Origin: a virus
DNA length: 64,000 nt
IMG/VR virus record: IMGVR_UViG_3300025133_000072
Coordinates: 1-64,000 of that record
Strand: one strand, 5' to 3'
Under the pieces are notes generated by a model that worked only from the letters and a program-made list of their open reading frames with translations, was not told where the DNA came from and searched no databases. Position 1 is the stretch's first letter. Every line of letters starts with the position of its first letter. Made by a program: the position numbers and the translations under genes. Below are positions 27,510 through 36,686 of this stretch, in pieces.

Positions 27510-28739
27510 ATGTCAGATAAAAAAGTTTTTAACAGTAAGGCCGAGAAGAAATACAAAAGGGCCAAAAGATCCCTTATGATTCTTCATCCTTTTTTTGGGC
27601 CTTTGATTGTTCGATTGAAGCCTATTCAGAAAGTGGAAGTAGGAACGGCTGGGGTAGATGGGGAATCCTTATTTTACAATCCAGAGTGGTTTAATACCCT
27701 TTCCGATCAGGAAGCTGTTTGTCTGCTGGCTCATGAAGTCATGCATTGTGCGCTCGGACATCATACCCGTCGAGGGAAGAAGGATAATAAGCTGTGGAAT
27801 ATTGCTTGCGATCATGCAATTAATATTCTTCTAGATGCCCATGGGAACATCCTTCCTCCAAATCCAGTAATGGATAAGAAATATGACGGATGGCCCTCAG
27901 AGAAGATCTATGCAGACATCTACGAAGATCAGCCCCAGAATCCAGGCGGAGGAGCGGGTAATGGAATGTCTGGTAGTGGGACTGGGAACAGTCCTGGGAG
28001 CAATCCTGGAAATGGTCAGCCTGATCCTAATGCTCCAGGGCAGTGGGGTCAGATTTTAGATGCTCCTAAAGGCTCTGAAAAGGAATCAGCGTCTGACTGG
28101 GAAGCAGCTACTATCGGTGCTGTAAAGATCGCTCAGATGCAGAAGAGCAAAGGAACCAATCCTGGATTTGCAGACAGATTGGCTGACATGTTCGGCCTGT
28201 ATCACAAAGTTTCCTGGAAAGAGGTTCTCAAGAACTTTGTCCAGACCTCTATTGGTGTGGATGATTTTACCTGGAAACGTCCTGGTAGAAGGGGTCTTTC
28301 GGAAGATCTGTACCTCCCTCATAGAGAAGGGGTCAAACTTGATGGAGTTTGGGTAGCTATTGATACATCCGGGTCTATCGATGACAAGACTTTGCAGATG
28401 TTCAAGACTGAAATTGAAGGAATCATGGAAATGTTTCCGAATAGCGAAGTCGGCTTGATGTTTTGTGACGCAAGGCTGCACAACATTTCAATGCAGAGCG
28501 CTCCTCTGGATTTCAAACCAAAGGGCGGAGGCGGAACTGATTTTCGTCCGGTATTCAATTATTTTGAGGAGCAGTACATCAATCCCAAGTGTGTGATTTA
28601 CTTAACCGATCTTTACGGAAGCTTTCCGGAAGAGCCTCCTTTTTACCCGACATTGTGGGTTGTAAAGGACGGGCCTTCAAAGCCTGAAGATCATGTGCCT
28701 TTTGGCATTACAATTGTACTTGAGGAAGATGATGATTAA
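27510..28739 (+). CDS. putative metallopeptidase + VWA domain protein (DUF2201-like)
   Basis: HEVMH zincin motif, WNIACD.AIN, Gly/Asn/Pro linker, MIDAS DTSGS, GGGGTDFRP, YLTDLYG. Confidence 0.9.
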   Translation: MSDKKVFNSKAEKKYKRAKRSLMILHPFFGPLIVRLKPIQKVEVGTAGVDGESLFYNPEWFNTLSDQEAVCLLAHEVMHCALGHHTRRGKKDNKLWNIACDHAINILLDAHGNILPPNPVMDKKYDGWPSEKIYADIYEDQPQNPGGGAGNGMSGSGTGNSPGSNPGNGQPDPNAPGQWGQILDAPKGSEKESASDWEAATIGAVKIAQMQKSKGTNPGFADRLADMFGLYHKVSWKEVLKNFVQTSIGVDDFTWKRPGRRGLSEDLYLPHREGVKLDGVWVAIDTSGSIDDKTLQMFKTEIEGIMEMFPNSEVGLMFCDARLHNISMQSAPLDFKPKGGGGTDFRPVFNYFEEQYINPKCVIYLTDLYGSFPEEPPFYPTLWVVKDGPSKPEDHVPFGITIVLEEDDD

Positions 28740-28777
28740 TCTAAACCAAAAGATGGTAACTGAGGATATAGGGGACT

Positions 28778-29110
28778 GTGACAAGGGGGATTTCAATTCC
28801 CCCTTTGCTCAGAATAAGAACAGGGTTTTTCAATTGGTGGGCGGATCTCCCTGATAAAATCTTAAATAAAGCTTCCTCTAAATTAGATGAAGCAAAGCTG
28901 AGAGATGATGTTAGTTTGAGTATGGACTTGATCCCCTTGATGCCTTTTCATAAAATCAACAGAGGAAGAATGAACTGGAGATCTACAAATTATCGAGAAT
29001 CTGAAGATTTTTTTGTAACAGATGAGCCTACTTTCAAAGATCTGACAAAGGATATGCCCAAGGCAAAAAGAAAAGAGATCCGAAAATCAAAAACTCTTGT
29101 GGTGGTGTAA
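28778..29110 (+). CDS. hypothetical protein
   Basis: 110-aa ORF, TAATG-coupled to the helicase. Confidence 0.55.
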   Translation: MTRGISIPPLLRIRTGFFNWWADLPDKILNKASSKLDEAKLRDDVSLSMDLIPLMPFHKINRGRMNWRSTNYRESEDFFVTDEPTFKDLTKDMPKAKRKEIRKSKTLVVV

Positions 29111-30918
29111 TGGGCAAAGCGACTTGTATAGGTAACGAAATAATCATCCAATTCAGATATGACCCGGTTCTTGTAGCCAAGATAAAAGACATCCCCGGAA
29201 GGAAATACTGTCCTGATACAAAAGCCTGGAAAGTCCCTGCTTGTGATTTGAGCCTTGATCATCTAAACGGAATCCCTGAGATCCGCATGACTCAATCTGT
29301 GGCTCAGGCGCAGGGTAGAAATCCAATGAATACTCAACCTGGAAAAACTGGGGAAATCATAGTTCATTTTCCTTATGACGAAGAGTTGATCAAAGACATC
29401 AAAACAGTCTATGGAATTCGATGGGACAAGGAGAAAAAATACTGGACTGCTCCTTATAAAACCCACACCCTCAAATATCTTCGGAAACTTGGATTTGATA
29501 CTTCAGAGACTCCGGAAGAAAGAATCTCTTTTGACATCACCCCGACTGCCGGACAGCTTCCAGATCATTTTCTTGATGGCCTGTACAATTTCCAATTGAT
29601 AGGCTTTCGCTTTATCGAACGCATGGGTGGAAGGGCTTTGATAGCCGATCAGATGGGGCTGGGAAAAACAATAATTGCTCTTGCTTACCTAGCTGCTCAT
29701 CCTGAAATGCGTCCGGCTATTATTGTCTGTCCTTCTAGTGTGAAGCTCAACTGGGGAAGAGAGATAAACAAGTGGCTCAAGAAGCCTTGTACTGTCTTGT
29801 CTGGAAGGGTAGCAGATCCAAGGATGCAAAGTGACATATCCATCATCAATTATGAGATCCTGCACAATTCTGATGATACTGAAAAATCCTGGGTAGAGCA
29901 CTTCAAGAAAAAGGTGAAGCCTAGAATAGTGATTGCTGATGAGTGTCATTATTTCAAAACAGACAAATCCCTGAGAACAAAGGCAGTCAAGAAACTAGGG
30001 AAAATCACCCCTTATTTCGTTGCTCTAAGTGGGACTCCGATTACCAACAGGCCCATCGATGCTTTCAATGCTCTTAATATTATTCGTCCAGAGATCTTTC
30101 CTTCTCGGTGGGAATTTGGAAAAAGATACTGTGATCTTAAAGATACTTGGCAGGGCTTGGATTGGACTGGGAATTCTAATGAGGCGGAGCTTCACGAGCT
30201 TCTCAAAGAAACTTGTATGATTCGCAGAGTCAAGAGCGAGGTACTCCAGGATCTTCCTCCTATTCAAAGAACCATCGTCCCCATGGGAATTTCCAATGCA
30301 GCTTACAATTCCTACAAAAAGAAGCTGGAGCAGATGACCCAGTACCAAGGATCTACTGTAGGAGCCATGCAGGAAATTGAGAAAATGAAACAAGACATTC
30401 TGAGAGCAAAACTCCCTTCCTGTATTCAATGGATTCAAGACTTTGTAGATACCGGGGAAAAGCTCGTGGTTTTCACTTATCATCATGAGGCTATAGATGC
30501 GCTCAAAGCTAAGTTCAAGGACATAGCTGTTGTATTGGATGGACGAACCCCGATGAAGAAAAGACAAAAGGCTATTGATGAGTTCCAAGAAGGAGATCGG
30601 GCTCGTTTGTTCCTGGGCAATATTAAGGCAGCAGGAACCGGGATAACTCTGACAGCAGCTTCTAATACCTGTTTCATAGAATTGCCCTGGATACCCTCTG
30701 ATTTAGACCAATGTGAAAGCAGAACGAACCGTATTGGAAGTACAGGAACCTCTAATAATGCTTGGTATTTATTAGCTGACGGGACTTTCGAAGAGTGCAT
30801 AGCACAGGTTCTGGATTCCAAGAGAAAAGTAATAGACAAGATCATTGACGGAAAAGAGACTGACGAAAGCTCTCTCCTGTCGGAACTCATGAGGTTGATC
30901 AAAGGAGGATTAACATGA
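29110..30918 (+). CDS. SNF2-family helicase/annealase with two HARP-like domains (SMARCAL1-like)
   Basis: two F.YD..L...IK...G..(Y/W)....K.W repeats; ADQMGLGKT, DECH, LSGTP..NRP, GITLTAAS, QCESR..RIG. Confidence 0.9.
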   Translation: MGKATCIGNEIIIQFRYDPVLVAKIKDIPGRKYCPDTKAWKVPACDLSLDHLNGIPEIRMTQSVAQAQGRNPMNTQPGKTGEIIVHFPYDEELIKDIKTVYGIRWDKEKKYWTAPYKTHTLKYLRKLGFDTSETPEERISFDITPTAGQLPDHFLDGLYNFQLIGFRFIERMGGRALIADQMGLGKTIIALAYLAAHPEMRPAIIVCPSSVKLNWGREINKWLKKPCTVLSGRVADPRMQSDISIINYEILHNSDDTEKSWVEHFKKKVKPRIVIADECHYFKTDKSLRTKAVKKLGKITPYFVALSGTPITNRPIDAFNALNIIRPEIFPSRWEFGKRYCDLKDTWQGLDWTGNSNEAELHELLKETCMIRRVKSEVLQDLPPIQRTIVPMGISNAAYNSYKKKLEQMTQYQGSTVGAMQEIEKMKQDILRAKLPSCIQWIQDFVDTGEKLVVFTYHHEAIDALKAKFKDIAVVLDGRTPMKKRQKAIDEFQEGDRARLFLGNIKAAGTGITLTAASNTCFIELPWIPSDLDQCESRTNRIGSTGTSNNAWYLLADGTFEECIAQVLDSKRKVIDKIIDGKETDESSLLSELMRLIKGGLT

Positions 30919-31508
30919 AATTAGAAGTAGGCAGCATTGTAAATTATGATTTTTTATCCGCACGTTATGACGAGTACGTACTTCAGATCCTGGGGGTTCA
31001 ATCCGGGGAAGGGGATTTCCTTAAGCTGGGATCTCCTGATGAAGACAAGAACGATCAGTTCAAGATCATGAAGCTCATGCCTTCGATTCGAGAATATGAA
31101 AAATTGAGAGATAAGCTCTACTTGTTTTCTATTGGAGGGACTTACGATTTCATTGAGGCCAAGGTTCTGAACTTTGCTGATGAGATTGTTGTTATGGAGG
31201 ATGTCCCAGCCACGATCAGGAGGGCTATTCAAAACGCCGTTCGGGAAACTCGCATTCTGGGGCTTATGCTTCGACAAGAACACAGGAACCAGGAGCTTCA
31301 TGGACATCCTAAGATTGATGAGAGGGGTTGGATTGACCGGGACCAGGATATCCCTCACGAGGAACTTCAAGAGGTTTGTGATACAATAGAGGATATTGTG
31401 GCATATTTCCCACCAGAAATAGGAACGACGATGACCCAGATCCAAAAATCATTATCGGTAATGGGCAAGGGAGATGAGAACAAAGGTTTCTTAAAAAGTC
31501 TGCTTTAA
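30915..31508 (+). CDS. hypothetical protein
   Basis: AGGAGG RBS; 197 aa. Confidence 0.7.
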   Translation: MKLEVGSIVNYDFLSARYDEYVLQILGVQSGEGDFLKLGSPDEDKNDQFKIMKLMPSIREYEKLRDKLYLFSIGGTYDFIEAKVLNFADEIVVMEDVPATIRRAIQNAVRETRILGLMLRQEHRNQELHGHPKIDERGWIDRDQDIPHEELQEVCDTIEDIVAYFPPEIGTTMTQIQKSLSVMGKGDENKGFLKSLL

Positions 31509-31593
31509 CAGCACCTGTCCAACCCACTGACAGGACTCCAATCAACTTGACCCACGAGTTGATTAAACCTCTAAGTTCTTCTAGAACCTACTT

Positions 31594-31624
31594 GAGAGGC
31601 TCGGAAACGGGCCTCTCTTTGTTT
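31594..31624 (+). terminator. intrinsic terminator
   Basis: GAGAGGCTCG-GAAA-CGGGCCTCTC followed by TTTGTTT. Confidence 0.8.
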
Positions 31625-31634
31625 ATCTTAGAAA

Positions 31635-31732
31635 TGTTCCTTTCTAATACAAACTACCTATTCTTATAGAAACGTGTTATAATATATATGTAGGTGGGAA
31701 GAAGAGATAAGAACTCAGGAGGTTCAGATGAA
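31635..31732 (+). repeat. 98-bp promoter-RBS cassette, copy 1
   Basis: identical to 32027-32124; contains TGTTATAAT, AGGAGG and the start codon. Confidence 0.9.
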
Positions 31733-31976
31733 TTTAACAAATTTAGAGACTATCGTTTTCGAAGCAATTAGTAAAAACTCCAATCCCCATTACATGGAGT
31801 GTATCGATATATTGGATCTGGAGATACTAACCCGTATCACTTCCAAGGTACTTCGTGGGGTTATATCTTCCCTCGTAAAAAAAGATTTAATTGAGGTTGA
31901 GAAGTGGCACAACGGTAATAGAAAAGCAGAATATTACTGGAACAGAAAAGAAGCGATAGTAGCATTTAGCATTTAA
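31728..31976 (+). CDS. small winged-helix-like protein
   Basis: LT.LE..V...I...LRGVISSLVKKDLIEV. Confidence 0.7.
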   Translation: MNLTNLETIVFEAISKNSNPHYMECIDILDLEILTRITSKVLRGVISSLVKKDLIEVEKWHNGNRKAEYYWNRKEAIVAFSI

Positions 31977-31993
31977 CCTTTAATAAATTCCTC

Positions 31994-32027
31994 AAGCTCC
32001 TGTTGAAAGACAGGGGCTTTTACTTTT
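31994..32027 (+). terminator. intrinsic terminator
   Basis: AAGCTCCTGTT-GAAA-GACAGGGGCTT followed by a T-rich tail. Confidence 0.75.
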
Positions 32028-32124
32028 GTTCCTTTCTAATACAAACTACCTATTCTTATAGAAACGTGTTATAATATATATGTAGGTGGGAAGAAGAGAT
32101 AAGAACTCAGGAGGTTCAGATGAA
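32027..32124 (+). repeat. 98-bp promoter-RBS cassette, copy 2
   Basis: identical to 31635-31732, offset 392 bp. Confidence 0.9.
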
Positions 32125-32365
32125 AATGATGATAATAGGAGGAAACTTTTACGTAGTGTTAGAAGGTACGACGTTATACACCAAGCCCTTATGTGCTACG
32201 GTTGATTTCCCTTTTGAAGACGGGATGTTGTGGGACATGCCTCTTACAGAAGGAGACGAGCTTATTGAAGTAACGGCGGTAGAGGAAGAGGATGCAGGGA
32301 TTCTGGTGCTTATCAATAAACACTTCGGAACTAATTTCAAGTTTGAAGACTTTGCGGGGAGATAA
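32120..32365 (+). CDS. small acidic hypothetical protein
   Basis: driven by cassette copy 2. Confidence 0.7.
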   Translation: MKMMIIGGNFYVVLEGTTLYTKPLCATVDFPFEDGMLWDMPLTEGDELIEVTAVEEEDAGILVLINKHFGTNFKFEDFAGR

Positions 32366-32382
32366 ATCAAAGGAAAATGATT

Positions 32383-32405
32383 GGGGCCTGGAAACGGGTC
32401 CTTTT
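32383..32405 (+). terminator. intrinsic terminator
   Basis: GGGGCCTG-GAAA-CGGGTCCC followed by TTTT. Confidence 0.7.
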
Positions 32406-32468
32406 CTGTTATATAAGACTTGACATATTCTCTTAGTGTTTTTTATATTAAAAGATAAAGAGGTAGCT

Positions 32469-33041
32469 ATGAAAGAATGTTCTGGATGTGGGATGGTTCG
32501 TCCCCTCGGTAAATTTCAAGATAATGAGTACCAACCAGACGGAAAAAATTCCTGTTGCAACAAGTGCTTAGAAATTCCTGATAGCTTGAATGAGAAGCGA
32601 TGTTCCCAATGTAAAAAATACAGGGCTTTGGACCAGTATCATAAGTGTGTCAATACCAAAGACGGACTTCAAACCAAGTGCAAGTCATGCCAAAAGAAAA
32701 ACGACAGAGGCCGAGAGCAAATAAAGAGAGAAAAAGGTATGTTCATACCCGTGGCTAAGGCCCCTATTCGGGCTCCTATCGTAGGTGGGCTGAACCCTTC
32801 GCATAAAGCTGAAACTTTGTTTGACGGGAATATTTATGTTCAACAGTGTTTTCCTGGTATGAAGGGGGTTTCTTTTGCTGACCCAGCCCCTCCAGCCAAA
32901 CGAAAAAGAGGACGACCTAAGAAAGAGAAAACCAAAATGTGCCTCAAGTGTGCCAAAGTCCTCACCAAAGAATATTTTGAGAATGAGGAATGGATTTGTT
33001 CTGGGTGCCGGGATATGCCCTTGGTGGCTTTTGGTACATGA
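32469..33041 (+). CDS. multi-zinc-ribbon protein with an AT-hook
   Basis: three K.C..C...C..C units (DG..S/T.C..C) and KRKRGRPKK; GAGGT RBS before MKEC. Confidence 0.7.
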   Translation: MKECSGCGMVRPLGKFQDNEYQPDGKNSCCNKCLEIPDSLNEKRCSQCKKYRALDQYHKCVNTKDGLQTKCKSCQKKNDRGREQIKREKGMFIPVAKAPIRAPIVGGLNPSHKAETLFDGNIYVQQCFPGMKGVSFADPAPPAKRKRGRPKKEKTKMCLKCAKVLTKEYFENEEWICSGCRDMPLVAFGT

Positions 33042-33562
33042 CCCCTCTCAGATTTTATGCCGGGATAGGCTCTAGACAGACCCCTGATGAAGTCCTAATC
33101 AAAATGAAGAGGATGGCTTCTTTATTAGAGAGGCTTGGATTCATTCTAAGATCGGGAGGAGCTAATGGGGCTGACTCTGCTTTTGAATCTGGAGTTGAAT
33201 CTGATCTCAATCAAGAGATCTATCTTCCCTGGAAAGGGTTTAATGGAAATCGATCTGATTTATACACTCAGCCTATACGGATAAGACGTTTAGTAGAACG
33301 TGTTTTTCCTCCTGCAAAAACAGTGGCGGTAGAAAGGTTTCAAAGAAGGAATGCACAACAAATTCTAGGCTATCATGGATACCCAGAGAGCAAAGTTTCG
33401 TTTGTTCTTTGTTGGACTCCTCAAGGACGAGGATCAGGTGGAACGGGAATGGCTCTTAGAATAGCTCGAAGATATCAGGTTCCTGTCTTTGACATGGGAA
33501 AGGAAGAGGTTGGACATCCTGAACTTTTTATAAGGAAAATCTTAGCTCATATTGCACTATGA
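33038..33562 (+). CDS. SLOG/DprA-like nucleotide-binding protein
   Basis: YAGIGSR.TP, LRSGGA.GAD.AFE, RN..QILG, GGTG.A.R.A. Confidence 0.8.
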   Translation: MTPLRFYAGIGSRQTPDEVLIKMKRMASLLERLGFILRSGGANGADSAFESGVESDLNQEIYLPWKGFNGNRSDLYTQPIRIRRLVERVFPPAKTVAVERFQRRNAQQILGYHGYPESKVSFVLCWTPQGRGSGGTGMALRIARRYQVPVFDMGKEEVGHPELFIRKILAHIAL

Positions 33563-34455
33563 AACAATTCAATGTTCTTTCTTTCTACCAGGATTACAGA
33601 ATTTCAGTAGCTCCTGATGGTCATAAACATGCTCGGTTTGGTTGGATTCAAATCCCCTGTCCTTTCTGCACAGGAAACCCTGGATATCATTTAGGCTTCA
33701 AAGAGGACAAAGGATATTTCAATTGCTGGCGCTGCGGATTTCATTCGATTAAAGAAGTGATCAAAGAACTCCTGGACTGTAACTGGAAGAAAGCCAAACA
33801 AGTTTATGACGAGTACCTGGAGAGAGTTGGCCGGGTAGTGGATAAGGCTGAATTAGTTGAGAATCGAATCCTCTTACTTCCAGAAGGAACAGCTCCTTTG
33901 CAAAAGATCCACAAGAAGTATTTGACCTCCAGGGGATTTGAATCCTGGGTAGAGGAACTGTTTGATCTTAAAGGGACTTCTTACTTCGGTCCCTATAGTC
34001 ACAGGATCATTGCTCCTATTTATTACAGAGGGCAATTGGTGTCCTATCAAAGTCGAGACTACACAGGGAAGACAGACATGCGTTGGAAGGCTTGTAGTGA
34101 CTCTCACGAACTCCTATCACATAAAACAATGGTCTATGGATCTGATTTGGTTCCCACTTCAGTCGCTATTGTCGTAGAAGGGATCTCAGATGTCTGGAAG
34201 ATAGGTCCTGGGGCTGTAGCAACGTCCGGGGTCGAATACAAGACAGAACAGGTGCGTTTCCTTGCCAAGCATTTCTCGAAGCTTTATGTAATGTTTGATA
34301 ATGATTCTGCGGGAAGAAGAGCGGGTAAATCTTTGAGGGCTGAGTTAGAATTTAGAGGAGTAGAGACAGAAAGTATCCCAGTTAAATCAGATCCTGGAGA
34401 CATGGAACAAGAAGAGATCCAGGAGCTTTTAAATAAATACAAAATCCTGGGATAA
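33559..34455 (+). CDS. DNA primase (zinc finger + TOPRIM)
   Basis: CPFC...H...CWRC, YL..RG, VVEG.SD, FDND.AG, DPGD. Confidence 0.9.
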   Translation: MKQFNVLSFYQDYRISVAPDGHKHARFGWIQIPCPFCTGNPGYHLGFKEDKGYFNCWRCGFHSIKEVIKELLDCNWKKAKQVYDEYLERVGRVVDKAELVENRILLLPEGTAPLQKIHKKYLTSRGFESWVEELFDLKGTSYFGPYSHRIIAPIYYRGQLVSYQSRDYTGKTDMRWKACSDSHELLSHKTMVYGSDLVPTSVAIVVEGISDVWKIGPGAVATSGVEYKTEQVRFLAKHFSKLYVMFDNDSAGRRAGKSLRAELEFRGVETESIPVKSDPGDMEQEEIQELLNKYKILG

Positions 34456-34578
34456 GAAAAAGCCCCAATTCCGGGAAAAGAACATGGGGCTTTCGGGAAC
34501 AAATTGGTTTCAGTAAAGAAACTAACTGTAAATTCATAATATAAGAAAGAAAGGACTATGTAAAGGGAGTGAGGGGAA

Positions 34579-35064
34579 TTGGATAAATTAAGGGGGATTA
34601 AAACGATTGCGGATCTAGGTTGTGGTATAGGTTATTCATCGTGGGCTTTGAAGGGTATATTCCCTCAAGCTACTGTATGGGGAACAAATTATCCTGGGTC
34701 CGATCACTTTGCCTATAGTGTACGTTTAGGTGCAAAAAAAGGGTTTCAAGTATATGAAGAAATACCAGAGGGAGCGGGGAAAATTGATTTCCTTTTCGCT
34801 TCCGAATTCTTCGAGCATCTAAGAGAGCCTTTCCATTACTTAAGACGCTTCATCCAAAACCACAAACCTAAATTTTGTTATATAGCTAATGCGTTCAATA
34901 CAATATCTGTTGGTCATTTTATTGAATACAGAGATGGGCCTGATTTAATCTCGCAGGAGAGTGCTAGTAGATATTTTAATCAGATATTAAAAGATGCGGG
35001 TTACTCTAAACTGAAAACAAACTTGTGGAATAATCGACCCTCTCTGTGGCAAAGAGGAGATTAA
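34579..35064 (+). CDS. class I SAM-dependent methyltransferase (possibly N-terminally truncated)
   Basis: IADLGCGIG motif I; FASEFFEH. Confidence 0.75.
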   Translation: MDKLRGIKTIADLGCGIGYSSWALKGIFPQATVWGTNYPGSDHFAYSVRLGAKKGFQVYEEIPEGAGKIDFLFASEFFEHLREPFHYLRRFIQNHKPKFCYIANAFNTISVGHFIEYRDGPDLISQESASRYFNQILKDAGYSKLKTNLWNNRPSLWQRGD

Positions 35065-35068
35065 AACA

Positions 35069-35401
35069 ATGAGAGATATAATATGCTCAAACTGCTTTGG
35101 AACAGGTTTAGAGGACAGATATTGGGCCACAAGTGGTTCTTGTGTTACGTGTACAGGAAAAGGAGCAATTAACATGTGGACAAAATTGGACGAGAAAATA
35201 TGGGATTTACCTCAGCTTACGGTCATTTGTATAAGGGGATTAGGCATACCCAAAACCTATCAATATGATCCTGGTTACGGGCTTCTCTCTGTCCAGGGAC
35301 ATGGATTGATTACAAAGACTAAGCTTCCTGAAATCATAAAGCGGAGTGAGCTAGAGGGAAAGATCCTTGAATATATTGTTGTACAAGAAGGGGTAGCATG
35401 A
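35069..35401 (+). CDS. hypothetical protein with a DnaJ-type zinc finger
   Basis: CSNCFGTG...CVTCTGKG. Confidence 0.65.
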   Translation: MRDIICSNCFGTGLEDRYWATSGSCVTCTGKGAINMWTKLDEKIWDLPQLTVICIRGLGIPKTYQYDPGYGLLSVQGHGLITKTKLPEIIKRSELEGKILEYIVVQEGVA

Positions 35402-36408
35402 CCAAGAAACGCCTTTTTCCTTTAGTATGCAACAAACGATTTTGGAGGGGGTTAAATCCAGAAGACTATGAGATTTGGATAGAACAATTATTTCAACATT
35501 ATAGAACCAAGGGGTTCCCTTATTTTCCTTTTGATGATTTAACTTTGGATCGAGAACTAAAAAAATTGGTTCTTTTTGATTATCGAAAACTAATTGACCA
35601 TCAAAATAAAACTATTCGCCAATCAATGCATGGGCTTTCGTGGGCTTGGCCTTTTTTCCCTCATTCTTGGGAAGTGCGATGCGGGAAGCAGAAGACCCCA
35701 TGGGAGGTGTTTAATGATGATGATTTATTCAAACAAGTTATTCGCAAACGAACCCAGATAGGGGATAATATGTCTGATGCAGGTATCCGTAAAATCCTTA
35801 AAATATTCAGCGGAGCCCAATCTGTAAGTAATTTTCGACCCACGGCAGCAGCTTGTGTTTATTCCATATTTTGTGATAGGGGAGACGTGGTTTGGGATAT
35901 GTGCGCAGGATTTGGAGGAAGACTATTAGGAGCGTTTCTATTAGATTTGAATTACATAGGAACAGACCCTTCTTCCCACACGTACAGAGGATTGAGACTT
36001 ATGGCTAAAAAATTAGGGATGGATTCTCAGTTATGGAAAATAGGGAGTGAGTCCTATTTACCTGAAGCTCATTCTTTAGATTTCTGTTTCACGTCTCCGC
36101 CTTATTTTGATAATGAAGTATATGCTCAAGAAGAAACCCAGAGCTGTATAAAGTACCCAAACCCAAACAAATGGATGGATCATTTTATAGGACGCACTTT
36201 TTTTAATTGCTTTATAGGACTTAAGCCTGGAAAATTTATGGCGATTAATATAGCTGATGTTCGGTCATTCAAAGATTTAGAAAAACAATTATGTAACAAA
36301 GCCCAAGAAATAGGCTTTATTTGGGTCGATACTTGGTTCTTGCAGTTGTCTAGATTGGGTGGGACTGGGTATAAAACAGAATCTATTTTTATTTTCCAGA
36401 AACCATAA
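35398..36408 (+). CDS. amino-DNA methyltransferase (N4-C or N6-A)
   Basis: motif I DMCAGFGGRL before motif IV FTSPPY; LKPG. Confidence 0.85.
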   Translation: MTKKRLFPLVCNKRFWRGLNPEDYEIWIEQLFQHYRTKGFPYFPFDDLTLDRELKKLVLFDYRKLIDHQNKTIRQSMHGLSWAWPFFPHSWEVRCGKQKTPWEVFNDDDLFKQVIRKRTQIGDNMSDAGIRKILKIFSGAQSVSNFRPTAAACVYSIFCDRGDVVWDMCAGFGGRLLGAFLLDLNYIGTDPSSHTYRGLRLMAKKLGMDSQLWKIGSESYLPEAHSLDFCFTSPPYFDNEVYAQEETQSCIKYPNPNKWMDHFIGRTFFNCFIGLKPGKFMAINIADVRSFKDLEKQLCNKAQEIGFIWVDTWFLQLSRLGGTGYKTESIFIFQKP

Positions 36409-36425
36409 ATAAACAAAGGGATGGA

Positions 36426-36650
36426 ATGACCAAGAAACGCACTAGAGAAGAAGTAAGAGAAAAAATCCTGGGATTGTTGAATCCTTCAGTGAAATTGACT
36501 GTGGATCAGATCACAATACGAACTGGAATGTCGGACAGCAAGATCCGAAAAGTGCTCAAGGATCTCAAGCAGGAAGGCATCCTGGGATCTACCAAAATGC
36601 CCTTGAGCCAGAAGATGTATTTCTTCAAAATCATTGACCAAGCCAGTTAG
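36426..36650 (+). CDS. winged-helix DNA-binding protein
   Basis: LTVDQI..RTGMS.SKIRKVLKDLKQEGIL. Confidence 0.75.
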   Translation: MTKKRTREEVREKILGLLNPSVKLTVDQITIRTGMSDSKIRKVLKDLKQEGILGSTKMPLSQKMYFFKIIDQAS

Positions 36651-36661
36651 TTTGGTACAAT
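36634..36661 (+). promoter_or_regulatory. sigma70 promoter upstream of the replication operon
   Basis: TTGACC-16-TACAAT with a TG extension. Confidence 0.7.
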
Positions 36662-36686
36662 AGAAGAACGATTATATCGAACGGAG

